Shown: positions 49,101 to 62,443, numbered from the stretch's first letter. The stretch is 64,000 nt of DNA from Laetmonice hystrix (GCA_965235115.1 OZ249445.1:11160001-11224000), one strand, 5' to 3'. Numbers and translations are program-made. Notes: generated from the sequence alone by a model not told the origin.

Positions 49101-52100
49101 TTTATAAGGATGGTTTGCATTAGTGTTCAACAATAGGAATTCACGAAGAACACTACAATTATCGCGTTTTTTTAATAAAATTACAGAGTCGAGGTTACTC
49201 ATAAAAGCTAGGAACAATTCAATACCATTCTAACTATACCTAAGAGTAATGGTACAAACTCAACATAATGGTTATTTCCACATGCATTGTAGGATGTAAC
49301 AGATTTGCATTAAAGTGACATCGAAATACTGAAATACAATTGCTAGTCTCACAATCCTGAGAACATTTCGCAATTTAGGTCTCTATGCATTATCTTGTAC
49401 CTGACGGATTGTTTAAATGTAATACGTTAGGGGTAAAATAAATCTTGTTAAATTCTAGACCAGTCGGTCTCCGTTGGTTGTGTAATCCATTCATAATATG
49501 CGGGCAATAAACAATGAATGCCTTGCTTCCATGATATTTTTGTTGTTGTTCCTGATTGGTTAGAATCTGTTGGATGTATCCGACAGTAAGCTGTATCTTA
49601 ATACGGAGTATCCAATTGTTCTCTAACAGGACGATCTGCTCAGTTTTTCTGTTTGTGGAAAGTTGATTTTTAGATGAAAGTGATTTTCTAAAGCTAAAAG
49701 TATAGGTACGGGTTTAAAATAAATCACAAGCTTATTGATTTTTCTGATATTACCGCTAATTCTATGTCCATGTGTGCATGTGAATACTTTAAAAAAAATT
49801 AAAACATGAGCTTTTGATCTTCTTGAAAATTCTCAACAAAGTTCTGCCAGGTAAGATTGAAGTTCTCAGGTAAGAACGTGACACCGGAATGAAACCAGGA
49901 AACCGGAATGTGACACGTATATGTAATGTAACTTTTATTTCACTTTGATGCCGAGATCGTGTCTTGTCTGTCCGATAGTGTAACCTCATAGGAGATATCG
50001 GTATATTGGGCTTTAGTCAATCATGTCTGATGGTTAACTCGGTGCTAACTCAACATTACCAACATTTCACAGTGTTCAGACGGCCATTGAGTCTGATGTG
50101 TCTGTATGTCGATATGTTAGAGGGAAGATTTTAACTCTGAGTATACCAGTACAAAAGGGATTAAAATCAATATAGCACACTACATGTTATTTTTCTTGGA
50201 ATTTTCTTCATACTGGAAAGCTGCCCACGAAGCAGACAGCAGAGGGTTTGGGAGGGTGGGAGCAAGTCAGATTCTGTTATTAAAGTCTTTTGCGTAAAAA
50301 GAGGAAATGGTTTGCGGAAGTAAAGGTGCTCAGTGACTTGCTGTTGAGAACCTCGGCTAATGTTTGAGGTGGCTTTTTGGTCCCCGGAGAGATTACCCTG
50401 CGGATCAGTTAATTGAAAGTAATGCAACAGTGTTGCCTTTCAACATGTATTCTCTGCGTAATCCAGGCAGCACTTTGCAACTTCCTTTGAAATATCCCAG
50501 AGCTGGCAAAGATGCACAAAGGAAGGTTGGGCTTAGAAGCAGATGCTGTTAGCCCCATAAGAACTTGGCTGGAATGGAGATTATGGCACTATAGCGGAGA
50601 GGAGCCATACTTGAAAACATTACAGATAATCATTCGAGGAGACAGGTTAAGACATATTACAGATGGATCACACTCAGAAAAATTTTAAAGTCTTTTAAAG
50701 GCTGTTGTACAGGTGTTTTTCTAGTTGCGAATCACCAGTCAGTGGTCTTATGGTAAGCAGGTATTCAATTGACTTTAGAGAATTCGTGTGAACAGGACCT
50801 GTCATTATGACCAGGATTTATCCAATCTCTTTGCACTTTACAGTATTATTTCTTTTCATGGAAAATTTTGTAGATGTCGGAGAGACAAAGCGAGGAATGC
50901 CGCTAAGTGATGCGTATGGTTGACCCTGCCAGCTGTGGCCAGGTGACCACAGGTGATGCTGAGACTCTAAAGTGGTCAGCTGACTCGTGTTGCTGACCAG
51001 CACAGCCCGATGGCTTTCAGGCTGCCAGCTTACAGGGTGGGGACACCAAGTCGTCCGTTGTCAACTAGAGCCACCTGACCCATCACTTGGCCGGCCCATT
51101 ACCCGGCTTTGTATTTCCGCCTTTCAGCCGCATGCCTAATCCCAAATCCACCTCCGGACCAACCTAGATTTCCTGGATTAGAGCTAAACCATAAAGTGTA
51201 CGTCGATGGTGTTTGACGAGGTATTATTACACGGTACGGGAGTGAGTGGGGTGGAGGCGGCGCTGGTTGCCTGGTTTAAACACGGGCATGATCAGGAAGG
51301 CAGATAGGTTAGCAATATATATTGCGGAACACACCCCGCCAGTTTAAGCCCAAAAGGCCCAAGTCTCGAGAAAGATTAATGTGTTACTTCTGTAGTCTGC
51401 TCCAGATGCTCTCGGAGCCTGATGCTGCCACGGTCCTGCTCCTTGTCTAGCTTGTTTCCCCTCCTGTGTATTGCTTTCCTGAGTCTGCAAATTGTGGCCT
51501 GATTGGCCTGGGGGTGCTCCTCGATGCTCCCTGATTGACTGCCATTCCAGCGTCATTATTCTGGGAGACTGCGAGTGCCACTTAGTGAAGGTATCCCCTC
51601 CCTCGTCACAAGATGTTCCCAGAGTAAGCTCAATATGGCACAACTTCATTACCACATGTCCATTGTGGTTGGCTGCTGCGGCGCCTCATCCTAATTGACC
51701 CCACCCCAGCCCAGTCATACATTGCCTGGTGACGTGTATCCACCAGAAAACCACCACTCCATCCCCATCAGCAAAAGAACAATTCTGAGTTTTCTTTAAA
51801 ACCTGCCTATGGCAGTTGCTAATTATGTGTCAGTGTTGAGTGCTATATGCAGCCATATGTTGAGATTAGCACAATTAAGACTTTCTTTTTGTTTGTCTAT
51901 GAGATATGAGGCATTGGTAGACCTGTAGTGTACAGGAGAGGGGCTGCATACAAGCTGCTACAGAGATAGAGAGAGTTGAGCCCAGCCGCCTCCGAGGGCC
52001 AGCACCACGCTCCGACAACAGAGTAGTTTGTTGTGATTGCCGCGCTGCCACCCGCAGACAGACTCCTGCACGCAAAGTGTTGGCCTTTACTCGTCCTGTG

Positions 52101-52106
52101 GTGTAC

Positions 52107-52274
52107 CTGCCATGTCAATAGTGCCGTCCGGAAATCTCCACCCCAGATTCTCCCCCATCTCCATCCCAGCCGTCACAGTCTCTGCGGTCGTCTCAGGAGA
52201 AGCAAGTGAATTCTCCTTGAGGAACTCCTGCTGGAGGGGAGGCTGGAAGTAGTGAGGCCAGCCGTAGCCGGCGC
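52107..52274 (-). CDS. Coding-like exon, AGYGWPHYFQPPLQQEFLKENSLASPETTAETVTAGMEMGENLGWRFPDGTIDMA (168 nt, phase 1 to phase 1)
   Basis: Strong acceptor ctctgtctccacctcag and many C/G-ending codons. Donors are CAG|gtacac (52107) or CGA|gtaaag (52091). It could instead be a first exon from the ATG at 52353 (ORF 52087..52353). Confidence 0.5.
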
Positions 52275-52651
52275 CTGAGGTGGAGACAGAGTTGGGTGGA
52301 CAGATAACACACGGCCGGGCACGTGATTGTCCTGTGAGCGCTGCCTGAGACATGAGATGCCAGTCTACACGGTGGTGGGAGTGAGGAGACTGAAGGAAAC
52401 CGGGTCCTCCTCATCACTGGGTGTAACTGGACTGATTGACAGACAGACGGATGGACGGACTGCTAGAGGGAGAGATGGACATTGGGGGTTGACAGGCATG
52501 GCAACCAGAGGATAAACCCCGCGTCTGAACAGCAAACGTTAGCAACCACTAAACAACCAAGCCAGGAATCGCCCACTCACTCATAGACAGACTCACTCAG
52601 ACATAGAGGACCAGGACGGTGGATCGTCGCACCCTCATCCCCGACTTCAGG

Positions 52652-52721
52652 ATGACGGAGGAAAAGAAAGGGGTTACAAGGGAGGTTACTGGCAAGGACG
52701 GTCAGGCGAACGGCACAAATG
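52652..52721 (+). CDS. Candidate alternative first coding exon (phase 1), MTEEKKGVTREVTGKDGQANGTN
   Basis: aggATGA context, purine-rich charged peptide and donor ATG|gtaggt at 52721/52722. It is preceded by UTR-like sequence and RFX-like sites (CATGGCAAC 52497-52505, GTTAGCAAC 52538-52546). Confidence 0.5.
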
Positions 52722-55700
52722 GTAGGTCCATTATTGCGGCTAAGTTCTTTTCCATGTACCAGTATCTTGGTAATAGGCTACCGTCTCTTCATGTCGTCAG
52801 TGTGCCATGGCGTATCATTTGGTGTTCAGTGGTGATGGGAGGGGCACTGTCTTGTTCACAGACACAACAGGCAATCAGAGGTTTTACACTCAGTGTTATT
52901 ACCTTGAAGATGGCACAAAGGATGAAAGCTTTACAGGCAGAGAAGGTTGTCATTGCTTGTAAAACTGATACTTTTCATGGCTCCGTCGACTTCTTCATGA
53001 AAGCGGGCGTTCCTTGATCAGGTAGGGTGGCCGGGGAGGGCCTACACACTTCTGCCGGTAAATGATAACGTAGTTATTAATATCCAGTATCTGTTGTGAG
53101 ACTTGTGTAGCGTTTTTATAGTTGACGGAGAAAAGTATGTTCTGCTGATGGCGTAGCGGAAGAATTGAAAGAGAGCTGATTTCCATCACCTGAACGCCGC
53201 CGTCAGGGTTGGGTTTTTGAGATGCGCTATTACAAACCGTCCACTCCCCCTTTCTATTGAATTCAACTGTGACATGATAGGATGTTGTTTTTGTTAGCTT
53301 TGTATTCATATAGAAGCAACACACAGAAGGAAAATATCTCAGAAGCGCAAAGAAGGCGTATTGCTTCATATATGCAACAATTAGCCATTGTCAGCTCTCT
53401 TACTTAGCTCACAATTTATGACATTCCCGGTAACAATACTCGATGTAGGCTAATTGTTATGAAGCACAGAACACACCATCAGGAACCTATTATTCACCGT
53501 CAAATTCCTCATTGCACTATTCATTACTGATACATACAGCAGATGGGGCGAGTGGAAGGGGGGTATTGAGATCCTCAGTCCTTTCAGTATAAAGTTGTGC
53601 AGCTCACTCACATAATGGATGGTATTGTTTCCGTGTATGTACCTTTACACTTGTTGCTGTAACTTTCCAGTACAGTAGATGTGGCTTGTTCTACGGCTGA
53701 TGTGTGGTGTGTTTGACCGATTCGTTTTGCGTTTCATCACCTATAAGGTACACATTTAATTGTGAAGTTCGGTATTAAAACCACATTTGGCGACGTTTTA
53801 GGCAGGATTTGTTCATATTTCATGTGTATCATAACTACACGTAGCCTCGGCAGAAGTTTACTGTGTTGTAAAACTACATCCATCCGTCTGAAGCATGTTT
53901 ATTCTATCATGTAACGAAATATTTCAAATTTCGGTGTAGGTATCTGCAAAGGCGAATACGTCCCTTCACTAAAAACGGTTTCCTGCAGTTTGATTTAGTA
54001 TTGGAATATGAAGACTCTCCGAAGTTCAGAGACGTTTTACTCAAGTTTGACAGTTGCAACTGTTTTTCAAAAGTAGGACTGGCTAGAAGTGGCAGTTTAC
54101 AACAGTGAAGTACAATAGGTCTCGTTTATATTTATCTAACATGCTATCTTGTTGGACATGGGATCCATGACAGAGCGATTCTGTTTCTGATTGGTGGGCG
54201 GCCTCCCTTCCGTCGAGGGGTCACTAATCATGATACTGTTGTGTATAGGAACTTCAACGGCTTGGCGATGTCAACCCAAGTTTTGTGTCGCGTTTTTTCT
54301 TTGACTTTCTGCCTGTATAACTTTACACGTCGCAGCGGTTCTGGTGCTGTACACAACGGCACATATTAAGCAAGGAACTTCTCACGGTAGCGAAATCATT
54401 ATGAAATGATTGAGGACTTTTGGAGTGACAAATTCTTATGGGGGAATTCGAAAGGAGGTGTCCTGCTTCAGTAATGATGAGTGAGATGAGGATGTGTGGA
54501 ATAATTGCTAACGCACGACTCGTACTGAAATCACTGCAGCCTTACTGGTGGAGCCCAGGCGGTGGCGGGGCGGCGGCAAGGGGAGCAGGAGAAGCGCCAG
54601 CAATGATTGCAGTCTCCGAGGGTCTATCCCCCCATCGAAAAGCTGAACATATTAGCTTGACTTTGCAAGTAATTGAAATGTCAGACAATTGTCAAATGAT
54701 CTGTGATGACCGGATAGTTGCAATATTACATTGCATTAACCGAGCTGGACCTCGGTCAGCACGAAGGGACCTCTCATCATTTATAGGAGACAGATTGAAG
54801 AGATAGGGAAGGCGATCTCAGCAGGTATCAGCCGCAGGCCACCGGTGCACCACTAATAATGCTCCTCTCACGCGTCATACTCACAGACTTCTCCTGTGCG
54901 CACAATTCAAGTTTCATTGCTCGGCTCTTTCCTCAAAAATAATAGGCATTCCTGTGGGACGCCATCCTTCCAACCTCCGACGAGTAAGTAAAAGGAAATG
55001 TATACACAAAAGATAGGTATTTGGTCCTCAAATGTTTATCCTGACCAATGTCTCGGGAAAAGAGGGATGAGAATATATGTATTCAAACTCTGCACAGCAA
55101 TATTGCGCTCATCTGTACCGAGCTTTGATCTATCATAGAATCGGAGTTAGGTGGGAGAAATAGAGATATTTTGTGGAGAACTTCCCGGAGAAATGGGATG
55201 GGCCCTCATTTAACTTTGAACTCAACTGCTGACTCTCAGTTGGGAGGTATGTACCGGTGCCGTCGGTGCCCAGCCCCCGCGTTCCGTGGACCGTGGGAGA
55301 CCGCCCAGGGTGAATAAAAGCCAGCCAATACACCCAACCCAGCAGCCAAGTGCTCACAAGCATTTTCCATTTTTCTGATAAATAATCACTACACAGCATA
55401 CATTACATTTGGCGTGGGGGCTGGAGCATTAGGCGCACGCCCGATGTATGACAAGCCTTTCTCATTACATGGCACAGCGAAGGGCTTGTGTTTCTGTGTG
55501 GATCCCACTCACAATCTCAGCTTACAACCTATACACCGACAGTGTCCATGTTTACACCACTCTCCGCCGGGCCATATACACTGGCAGCATTCGGCATAAA
55601 CCAGTTTCCTTGTTACATTGACCGGAGCATGGCAGCCTCAGTACATTAGCTTGCTTAATGTGGGACAGGTCTTCGTCATTATGCCTGCAGTGTCATCCTA

Positions 55701-57616
55701 CCGCTGAGTGGCCAGCTTTGCATTAGACATCCTCGAACCGGACATCAGTTGAACATGTGCACTTTCCCAGACCCGCTGGGGGCTGGCCACACACTGCAAG
55801 CCAGCCACAATTCTGGCTAGGTAATGCACGTCACATAATACTCTGATGAAATACCGGGGTGCTTCCGTTGGAGGCTAGAAACCCAGCCCCTGCTATATCA
55901 TAGACACATCCTGTCAAGTTGGGGTGCGTAACTAAGGAAATAAACGTATAATTCTTTGATTGATTGCAAACTAATAAATGTCATTTAATTGGGAACCGTT
56001 GACCAAGGGAAAAACGTGGTCCATGAGGAATTTGACAGAAGGAAACATTGCTACAAGAGACAAACCGGAGGGTTTCAGGCACGCACGAAGGACCAACAAC
56101 CTCTTATACCATTTATACAACATGCACAATTAGAGTTAGTCCTGCTAATCTATACATTCACAAAACATCATTATTGTTTTCAGCTTTCGTCTAAAAGCAG
56201 CAAGCATTTCCACAGGTTTCTTTTTATGCCATTCCCTTGGTTGTCAATTTGAATAAATGTCCTAATGCTCCTCGACAGTGCCTAATGCACCCATTCTTTG
56301 ACACTTTTGTATGGCCTTTCTATTCACTCGACGACTGCCGGCCTTCTACAAACGGGCAAAAATTGTTCTTGAATGCATGTCTCCAGCGCCAGAAGACATT
56401 GTTCCATTATAATGTGGTGGAGGTGATATGTTGGTATAGTTGATTACTCAGGCGATTGTACCTGAGCACTCCCAAGTCGGTTCACCCTTTTTAAACATAT
56501 TTTTTACAATGACGGATACTCAGATTTCTCCTAAAACACCTCCCGAGAGAGTAAGTGGAAGGGAAGAACGGTGCATTGGGAAGATTAAGAATAGGTCATA
56601 GAAGACAGAAGATTTAAGATACCCTTTCTTAGGCTTTGTTGTATTTAATGTGATGAATGCTTGAACATCATCCATCAACATTTTCACTCCATCTAGCTTT
56701 TTTTAATTTTTCTTTTATAATTCGTAGCCTACAACCACTCAGAGATGCTGTCAGCATAAGAAGCTTAATGGCAGACTGGGCAAGGGAGTCTGTCACTATA
56801 GCCACGGTGATGCACAATGACTTAGACTTAGAATATGGTCGAAGAGACAAAAAGGGTCACTGCACAAAATATGAGAAAATACTTAGGCCTTATTGTAGGG
56901 CACTCAGGCATCCATCCTAAGTTAGCGAGGCCATTTTTCAAAGTATGATCGTGTATGTAGGTAGACGAATTTCATTAACACGTTTGTATCGCAGTCGGAT
57001 TGTGGGAGGTCTATTTGGTAAATGCGCCATGAGTGTGTATACCTCAAACTGTACGTTTACAAGACCCTGGGGTTTTTTCTTGTGAAACAAATATGCCAAG
57101 CCCGGACATAATGCTGCCAATATGTCTTGTGTACCTTGCTTCCACTTCTGTGACTGGAGCTATCTTTTACCAGGTTACCCGTGGACCACTCGTCCATTCG
57201 ATCTTTGTAACTGGTAGGATTTTCAGTCAACAGGGCTTTTTTACGGTGTCGGAGCCATAAATTGAAGATCTTCTCGAAAGAGAAAACGTAATTTATAAGT
57301 GTGATGTTCTAAATGAACAATGAGAGAGGATTCACAGTGCACAAAACTTAAGCCAATTGGTTCGTTCATCCATTCATCACCTGAAAGTTTCGCGAGGATG
57401 GTGGGGAGAGTGAGAGTCATAAAGATTCTACTGCTATATCTGCGTGACAGTTGATGTCTTCTAAACCTGGAATTTTGAAGTACATGATAGAAAAAAATAA
57501 ATCAGTCAAATCTGTTGCTAGCAAAGGTCCTGTGAAGAAGCTCATATTGTACGTTAAAAGTGCGCGCATCGGCCAACTCTTAGTCAGAAGCTAAAGGGCT
57601 TTACGCTGTAAGACCA

Positions 57617-57671
57617 AAAGGTCCCAACCCACTGTGCGACGTATGGAGTCGCATCGTGGGTTTTGGCCTTT
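57617..57671 (+). ncRNA. Pre-miRNA-like hairpin (candidate only)
   Basis: A 24-position stem with 19 Watson-Crick pairs, 2 G-U pairs, 3 mismatches and no bulges, closing a 7-nt loop. It matches no miRNA family I recall. Confidence 0.3.
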
Positions 57672-59887
57672 AGTGACACTTCAGAGCCTATTATCTCCAT
57701 GTCCGAGCGAGTTGTGCAAACTCTCTAGGACTTTCAGTGGGTAGCCAACCAGATGGAAAGATCTATTCATTGGAAGTTTGACCACCCTCTCGGTCAAACA
57801 ATTTGAAGTTTGAAGATCACTAGTTAGGATATTTCAGGTGCTTGTTATTCTGTGTGGACGCCGGCGATTGGTAATCGGGAGTGGCCAGTAAAAGTGTCAG
57901 TTAAGAGAAGATTTGGGCGGTGTTTGTTAATTACTGTTAAGGCCAGAGATGGGAAGTAACGGACGCCCCAGGGGTGCAGTGGCCTGCCCGAGGACACAAA
58001 TACACTCGTGTCGATTGACAAGGCAATCCCAGAGCAAATGAGGGCAGATAGCTAGCTGCACGACGTTACGCAATCATAGAAGTCTAAATTAATGGAAACT
58101 TCAGACAATTATAGTTCAGTAGACTGACTACCTCGGTGTACAGAACGTGGTGTGACATCATTCATAACTCGGAGTCGTCACGTCGGTGAAGGGAACAGTG
58201 TAATTAAAAGTTTGCTAACACCATACGCTAATGCAAAGTAATTGAGCCATGTTAAAAGTTGTCCATCTATCTTTTGACTGCAGTCGTTTTTGTCAGAAGA
58301 TAATGTCGCAGAATGTTTGTGATTCTTGGTTTCCATGCGAATCAATACTTGTATATTTTTTATTTCACTGTAGCAGGGTGTGTGCAGTATTGTGAGGGCA
58401 CGACAAGACGATATTTTCACACCGAAAATATTGTACATCTTTCACTCTGATAACACGAATGTGACAACAAATGCCCTAATTGTAGGACATCATTATCTAA
58501 TTATAGCGATGTGAAGAAGGTTTTCAAAGAATAACGGACAGCTGAAATAAGGAAAGAATTTCGTAGATTCCATTAACTCCACTGGCAACTATTAGTGAAA
58601 GACATACTGGGGATTTTGTCATGGGTACTGCCGTAAAGGACTGCTAATTCTCCATTCTTGTCCTCAGACATGAAATGATTACAAGTACCGCACATTTAGC
58701 CGGCGTTCCTGTAGGCTCCACAATTGCCCGACGTCTGTGATCATGTTTTCCTGTTGAACATAGAACCCGTCCTTGATTGAGATTGAAGAGCCATCTCCAA
58801 AGACAAATATGTCATTATCTAAGGCACTAAGAGTTGAGAAGAGCACAGCGGAGAGAGAATCCCTGTTCCATGTCAAAGGTCAGATAGGCTTGCATCTTGT
58901 GCTGAGTGCCACCACCCTCCCATTCTACATTATCAGGCATCCTTTTGGAGTGGCAGTAGTTATTTTCCTGACATCTAGGTCCAAGAGCTGCCATGGGCTT
59001 TGTGCTAATGCATGCTGGAAGCAGATGAAAACGGTGGTCCATTTAAAATGGGCTTGGCACCGTAATGCGTTCTGCCCTTTGGTGATGCTGGGGCTGTATT
59101 TGTCCCACATGTTAACTTGATGTTTGTGTTTCTTTGTCTCTGCGGTCGCAAGAGAGAGGGAGAGGTAGAGACACATGCACAGCACAGTCACGGGGGAAGA
59201 TGGCCAGGCACAGCATATTGGCTGGCATGACATTTGTTAAAAGCTCTGGTCACTTCGGTATGGTTGATGGGTTTTGTTTGTGAAAACATTACCGCAGCCA
59301 TATTAGCCGTTACACAGGTATGCTGGCTGAGTTGTTTGGCCTATGGCGGACCTGGGCTTTGATGACCTCAGACAACATGATATCTGCTCCGAGGGCCTTC
59401 CATGGTCAGATTTCAGTGGACTTGCATCCCAACGTACGGTGTAAGATGCAGCCACATCATTGTAGAGTCTTTCAAGAAATATGCCAGGCACTCCAAACAC
59501 TGTATGTCGAATGGTCAACAATAATAACCGCCCAAATTCATTGATTGACATTTATAGGCTTAAAATAAAGGAGAAGGTATAGATATGACATCAGCCATCT
59601 GTGAATTATATAACCGCAACCAACATGTTACCAGTCAATCTGATGTTGTCCAGTGTCGACCTGATCGAGCCTGCATTATCAGAACATTATATCTTAAAGT
59701 ATGATGAAAAAATGACGCTTTAACACACTGACTGGGAACAGTATGTTGTGCCATAAGGATCTTTTGAATCATACAGCTCATTTTGGCCCTTTAAGGGCAT
59801 CCATTTTCCAGCTCATGTGGTGTGACTTCTTACCCTTACCAGTATACTACAACAAACGGGGGCGGCTGATGACGGAAAGCGAGCGCC

Positions 59888-60040
59888 CTTTGTGGCCGGC
59901 GCCACACCTGGCCACTCCCATTGTACACCTGCCACAATCCATCTCTCACTGCTCCCACCTTTGACGAGCACTGCTCCTCACAATTACCTGCCAAAAAGCG
60001 GGCAGGCACTAAACATGTGCATGGCTGTCTGCCTCACAAT
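59888..60040. promoter_or_regulatory. Sox-type and E-box motif cluster
   Basis: CTTTGT 59888, CATTGT 59919, ACAAT at 59934, 59980 and 60036, and CACCTG at 59905 and 59926. Confidence 0.3.
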
Positions 60041-60433
60041 GCCCCCCACCGCTATGGCTGAATGCAACGGAGCTCATTTTCTGCCTCCCGTTTGGGTCTC
60101 CCAATAAAGATGAACCGGCCGTTTTTGTCGAGTTGAATTCGGCCCGGGGCCACGTGGGTTTTATTTCTTCATGGAGGCGGCATTTTACTGTATATTGCCC
60201 AGAGAGTGTCAGCGTGATTGCCAGGTGACTCTTTTAATTTGTTTGGGAAAAGAATGTCGACATGGGTAGGTGTTTTTTTAACAGACATTATGTAGTAATC
60301 GATCGCAGTCTTCACGACAGGTTATTAGGGTAGTATGATTTCAGTTTTGTATAGTTTCGTAATACGAGCTTATCGGGGATATGTTATTGTATGCAGCTAC
60401 ACCATTATACTGACCTGTAAACGAGTTGGTTGA

Positions 60434-60435
<2 letters not shown>

Positions 60436-60487
<52 letters not shown>
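60436..60487. repeat. (TC)n microsatellite
   Basis: Uninterrupted TC run at 60436-60478, one substitution, then continuation to 60487. Confidence 0.95.
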
Positions 60488-61048
60488 ATTCTCTATTTTT
60501 CTCCCCCTGTCTGTTCGGAAAGTCTGGTAAGAAAATAATTCGAGACTCTTGAGATAGAATCACCAGTAGTATGGGAATATCTAACCACCCTGTCATAGAT
60601 ATCAATGCGTCTATTATAGTTGGCGGATGGAAAATGGTCATCTGTGTTCTCTTGTCATTTACTTTGGCGGATACTACCAACTGTATCATTTCCATATATC
60701 TTAGAATGTGGAATATAACGAACCAGTTGTTCCGGGTGCCTATCTCATGTCTTTCCTATTGTTCCGGCATACGTAAGCGGTAAGGAAATGTACGTACAGG
60801 GTGACATGTGATGATCCGTGAAAATAAACCGTTCTTGTTACTGTCATATCTTAGTTCAACCATGATTCCGTAGACTGTCCCACTCCCTTGTCCCAATGTC
60901 TTATTTGTTCCCGTTGTGTCATAGAGTTTCTGGTATGGATGGTTTAAACGTTGACGTCAGTGTGTCGTGCGCCTTGACATGCTCGATGCTGGAATCGATG
61001 TCACGCTTGAGGTTTCGGCGGGCGGAGCATTTGTCGTCACTTCTCCAG

Positions 61049-61106
61049 ATACTCGGCCCCTCACCATGAGCTTTAACTCATCTACAGACTTCAACCTATG
61101 TGCAAG
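61049..61106 (+). CDS. Weak candidate exon, open only in phase 1, DTRPLTMSFNSSTDFNLCA
   Basis: Acceptor tttgtcgtcacttctccag and donor AAG|gtgata. The other two frames contain stops. Confidence 0.25.
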
Positions 61107-62443
61107 GTGATAGGACTAGTGCTGAGGTTGTCAGCCATGCCCTTATTGTCTTACTTATAGACAAACCTGAGTACGGACGGCCATCATTACAATGATGGAG
61201 GCTGTAATTGTAGAGGTCTCCATTGTCATCATAACGGCCCCAACACGTAATCCGGTACGAACACGGCCTCCGATAATCCCACTGTAATGGTTTTGGACTC
61301 GGTGCCGGTGATGTGTAGGCGCTGTCATGCTGCCTTTGATACCGGCCCACACCAGCTGTGTGCCATCCCCGTCTTAATGCTCGTACGTTGTTTCTTTGAT
61401 GTCCCCCTATGCCGGTTCCAAATTACATTGCATCCAAAATTCAATTTTACACCAAATTGAATTTAAAAAGCGACGCCACCTAATGAGCACTTTTACATCC
61501 TATCCCAATTAGACGAGCTCTTATATGGAGCCTTAGTGAGAGCAGACAGTGTCATTGTCCCCTACGTTAGAGTATGAATTACATTAGTGCTAGCACCAAC
61601 AAAGTAATTAGACACACATTTAATGCTGGGTAACCGTGGAGGAGTCCTCAGTAATGGGAACGCAATCCAGGTTGTTTCTAACATTTTATCCTTATCAAAA
61701 GAAATCAGATTAAGAAAATAATGGGTCTTACCGAAACTATTTTCAGACTGAAGGCTGAAAGAAATAACAAGTGCAGGAGGAGGAAATAATGGGAATTCTA
61801 TATTGATGTTGTTTTGACATTTTCAATTAAAAGAAGTCTTAAGTACATAAGTGGTTCCTTGCATGATGGAAAACTTATTAAACCTCAATCATCAAGTGCG
61901 AGCTTTTGCCTAATGAATCTAGAAGTGGTCACTGTAATTATATTTCTCTTTGATTAGCAACATTTCTGAAACAATATCAATAAGCTTATGCAATTATAGA
62001 AGACTTTTTACCAAAGCAATTTCAATTTATCGGATCCGTGTAACAGATTCAATTTTCTCAGAGAGTCATTATGTCTAATTTATCCAGGCATGGAACTTCT
62101 AAAGTATTGATATTGCGATGCAGCATTGAAGAGGCAGAGATCGTGCCATGTTAATTAAGGCTTAATAGAATTAAGCCTGGGTAGGGATGCATTAACTGTG
62201 CTAGGAGATGTTTTCACGATCTGCAGATGTCGCCCGTCCCGCTGTAGGTGCTCTCTGTAACCATCTTGTACTGGAGTACCTGTAAAGTGATACTTGATGG
62301 TTGGGCTGGTCGGTGTGGCACGTGGTGTCTTATGTGTTCAGGCTGGCTATCATATTGGTCGAGTGTTTGTGTACAGTGACACGCGGGAATGGCAAGAGAG
62401 AAGTAGAGTGTTGTTCTTGGCCACAGGATCTGTTTGTTTTCAG

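Noticed and set aside
54438-54806. 122-aa ATG ORF
   Set aside because: No recognisable motif. The sequence is rich in TAAT/TGAC words and looks more like an enhancer.
56509-56550. ATG exon MTDTQISPKTPPER with AGA|gtaagt donor
   Set aside because: Only 14 codons, phase 0 and in AT-rich non-promoter context. An upstream in-frame ATG is common before any chance GTAAGT.
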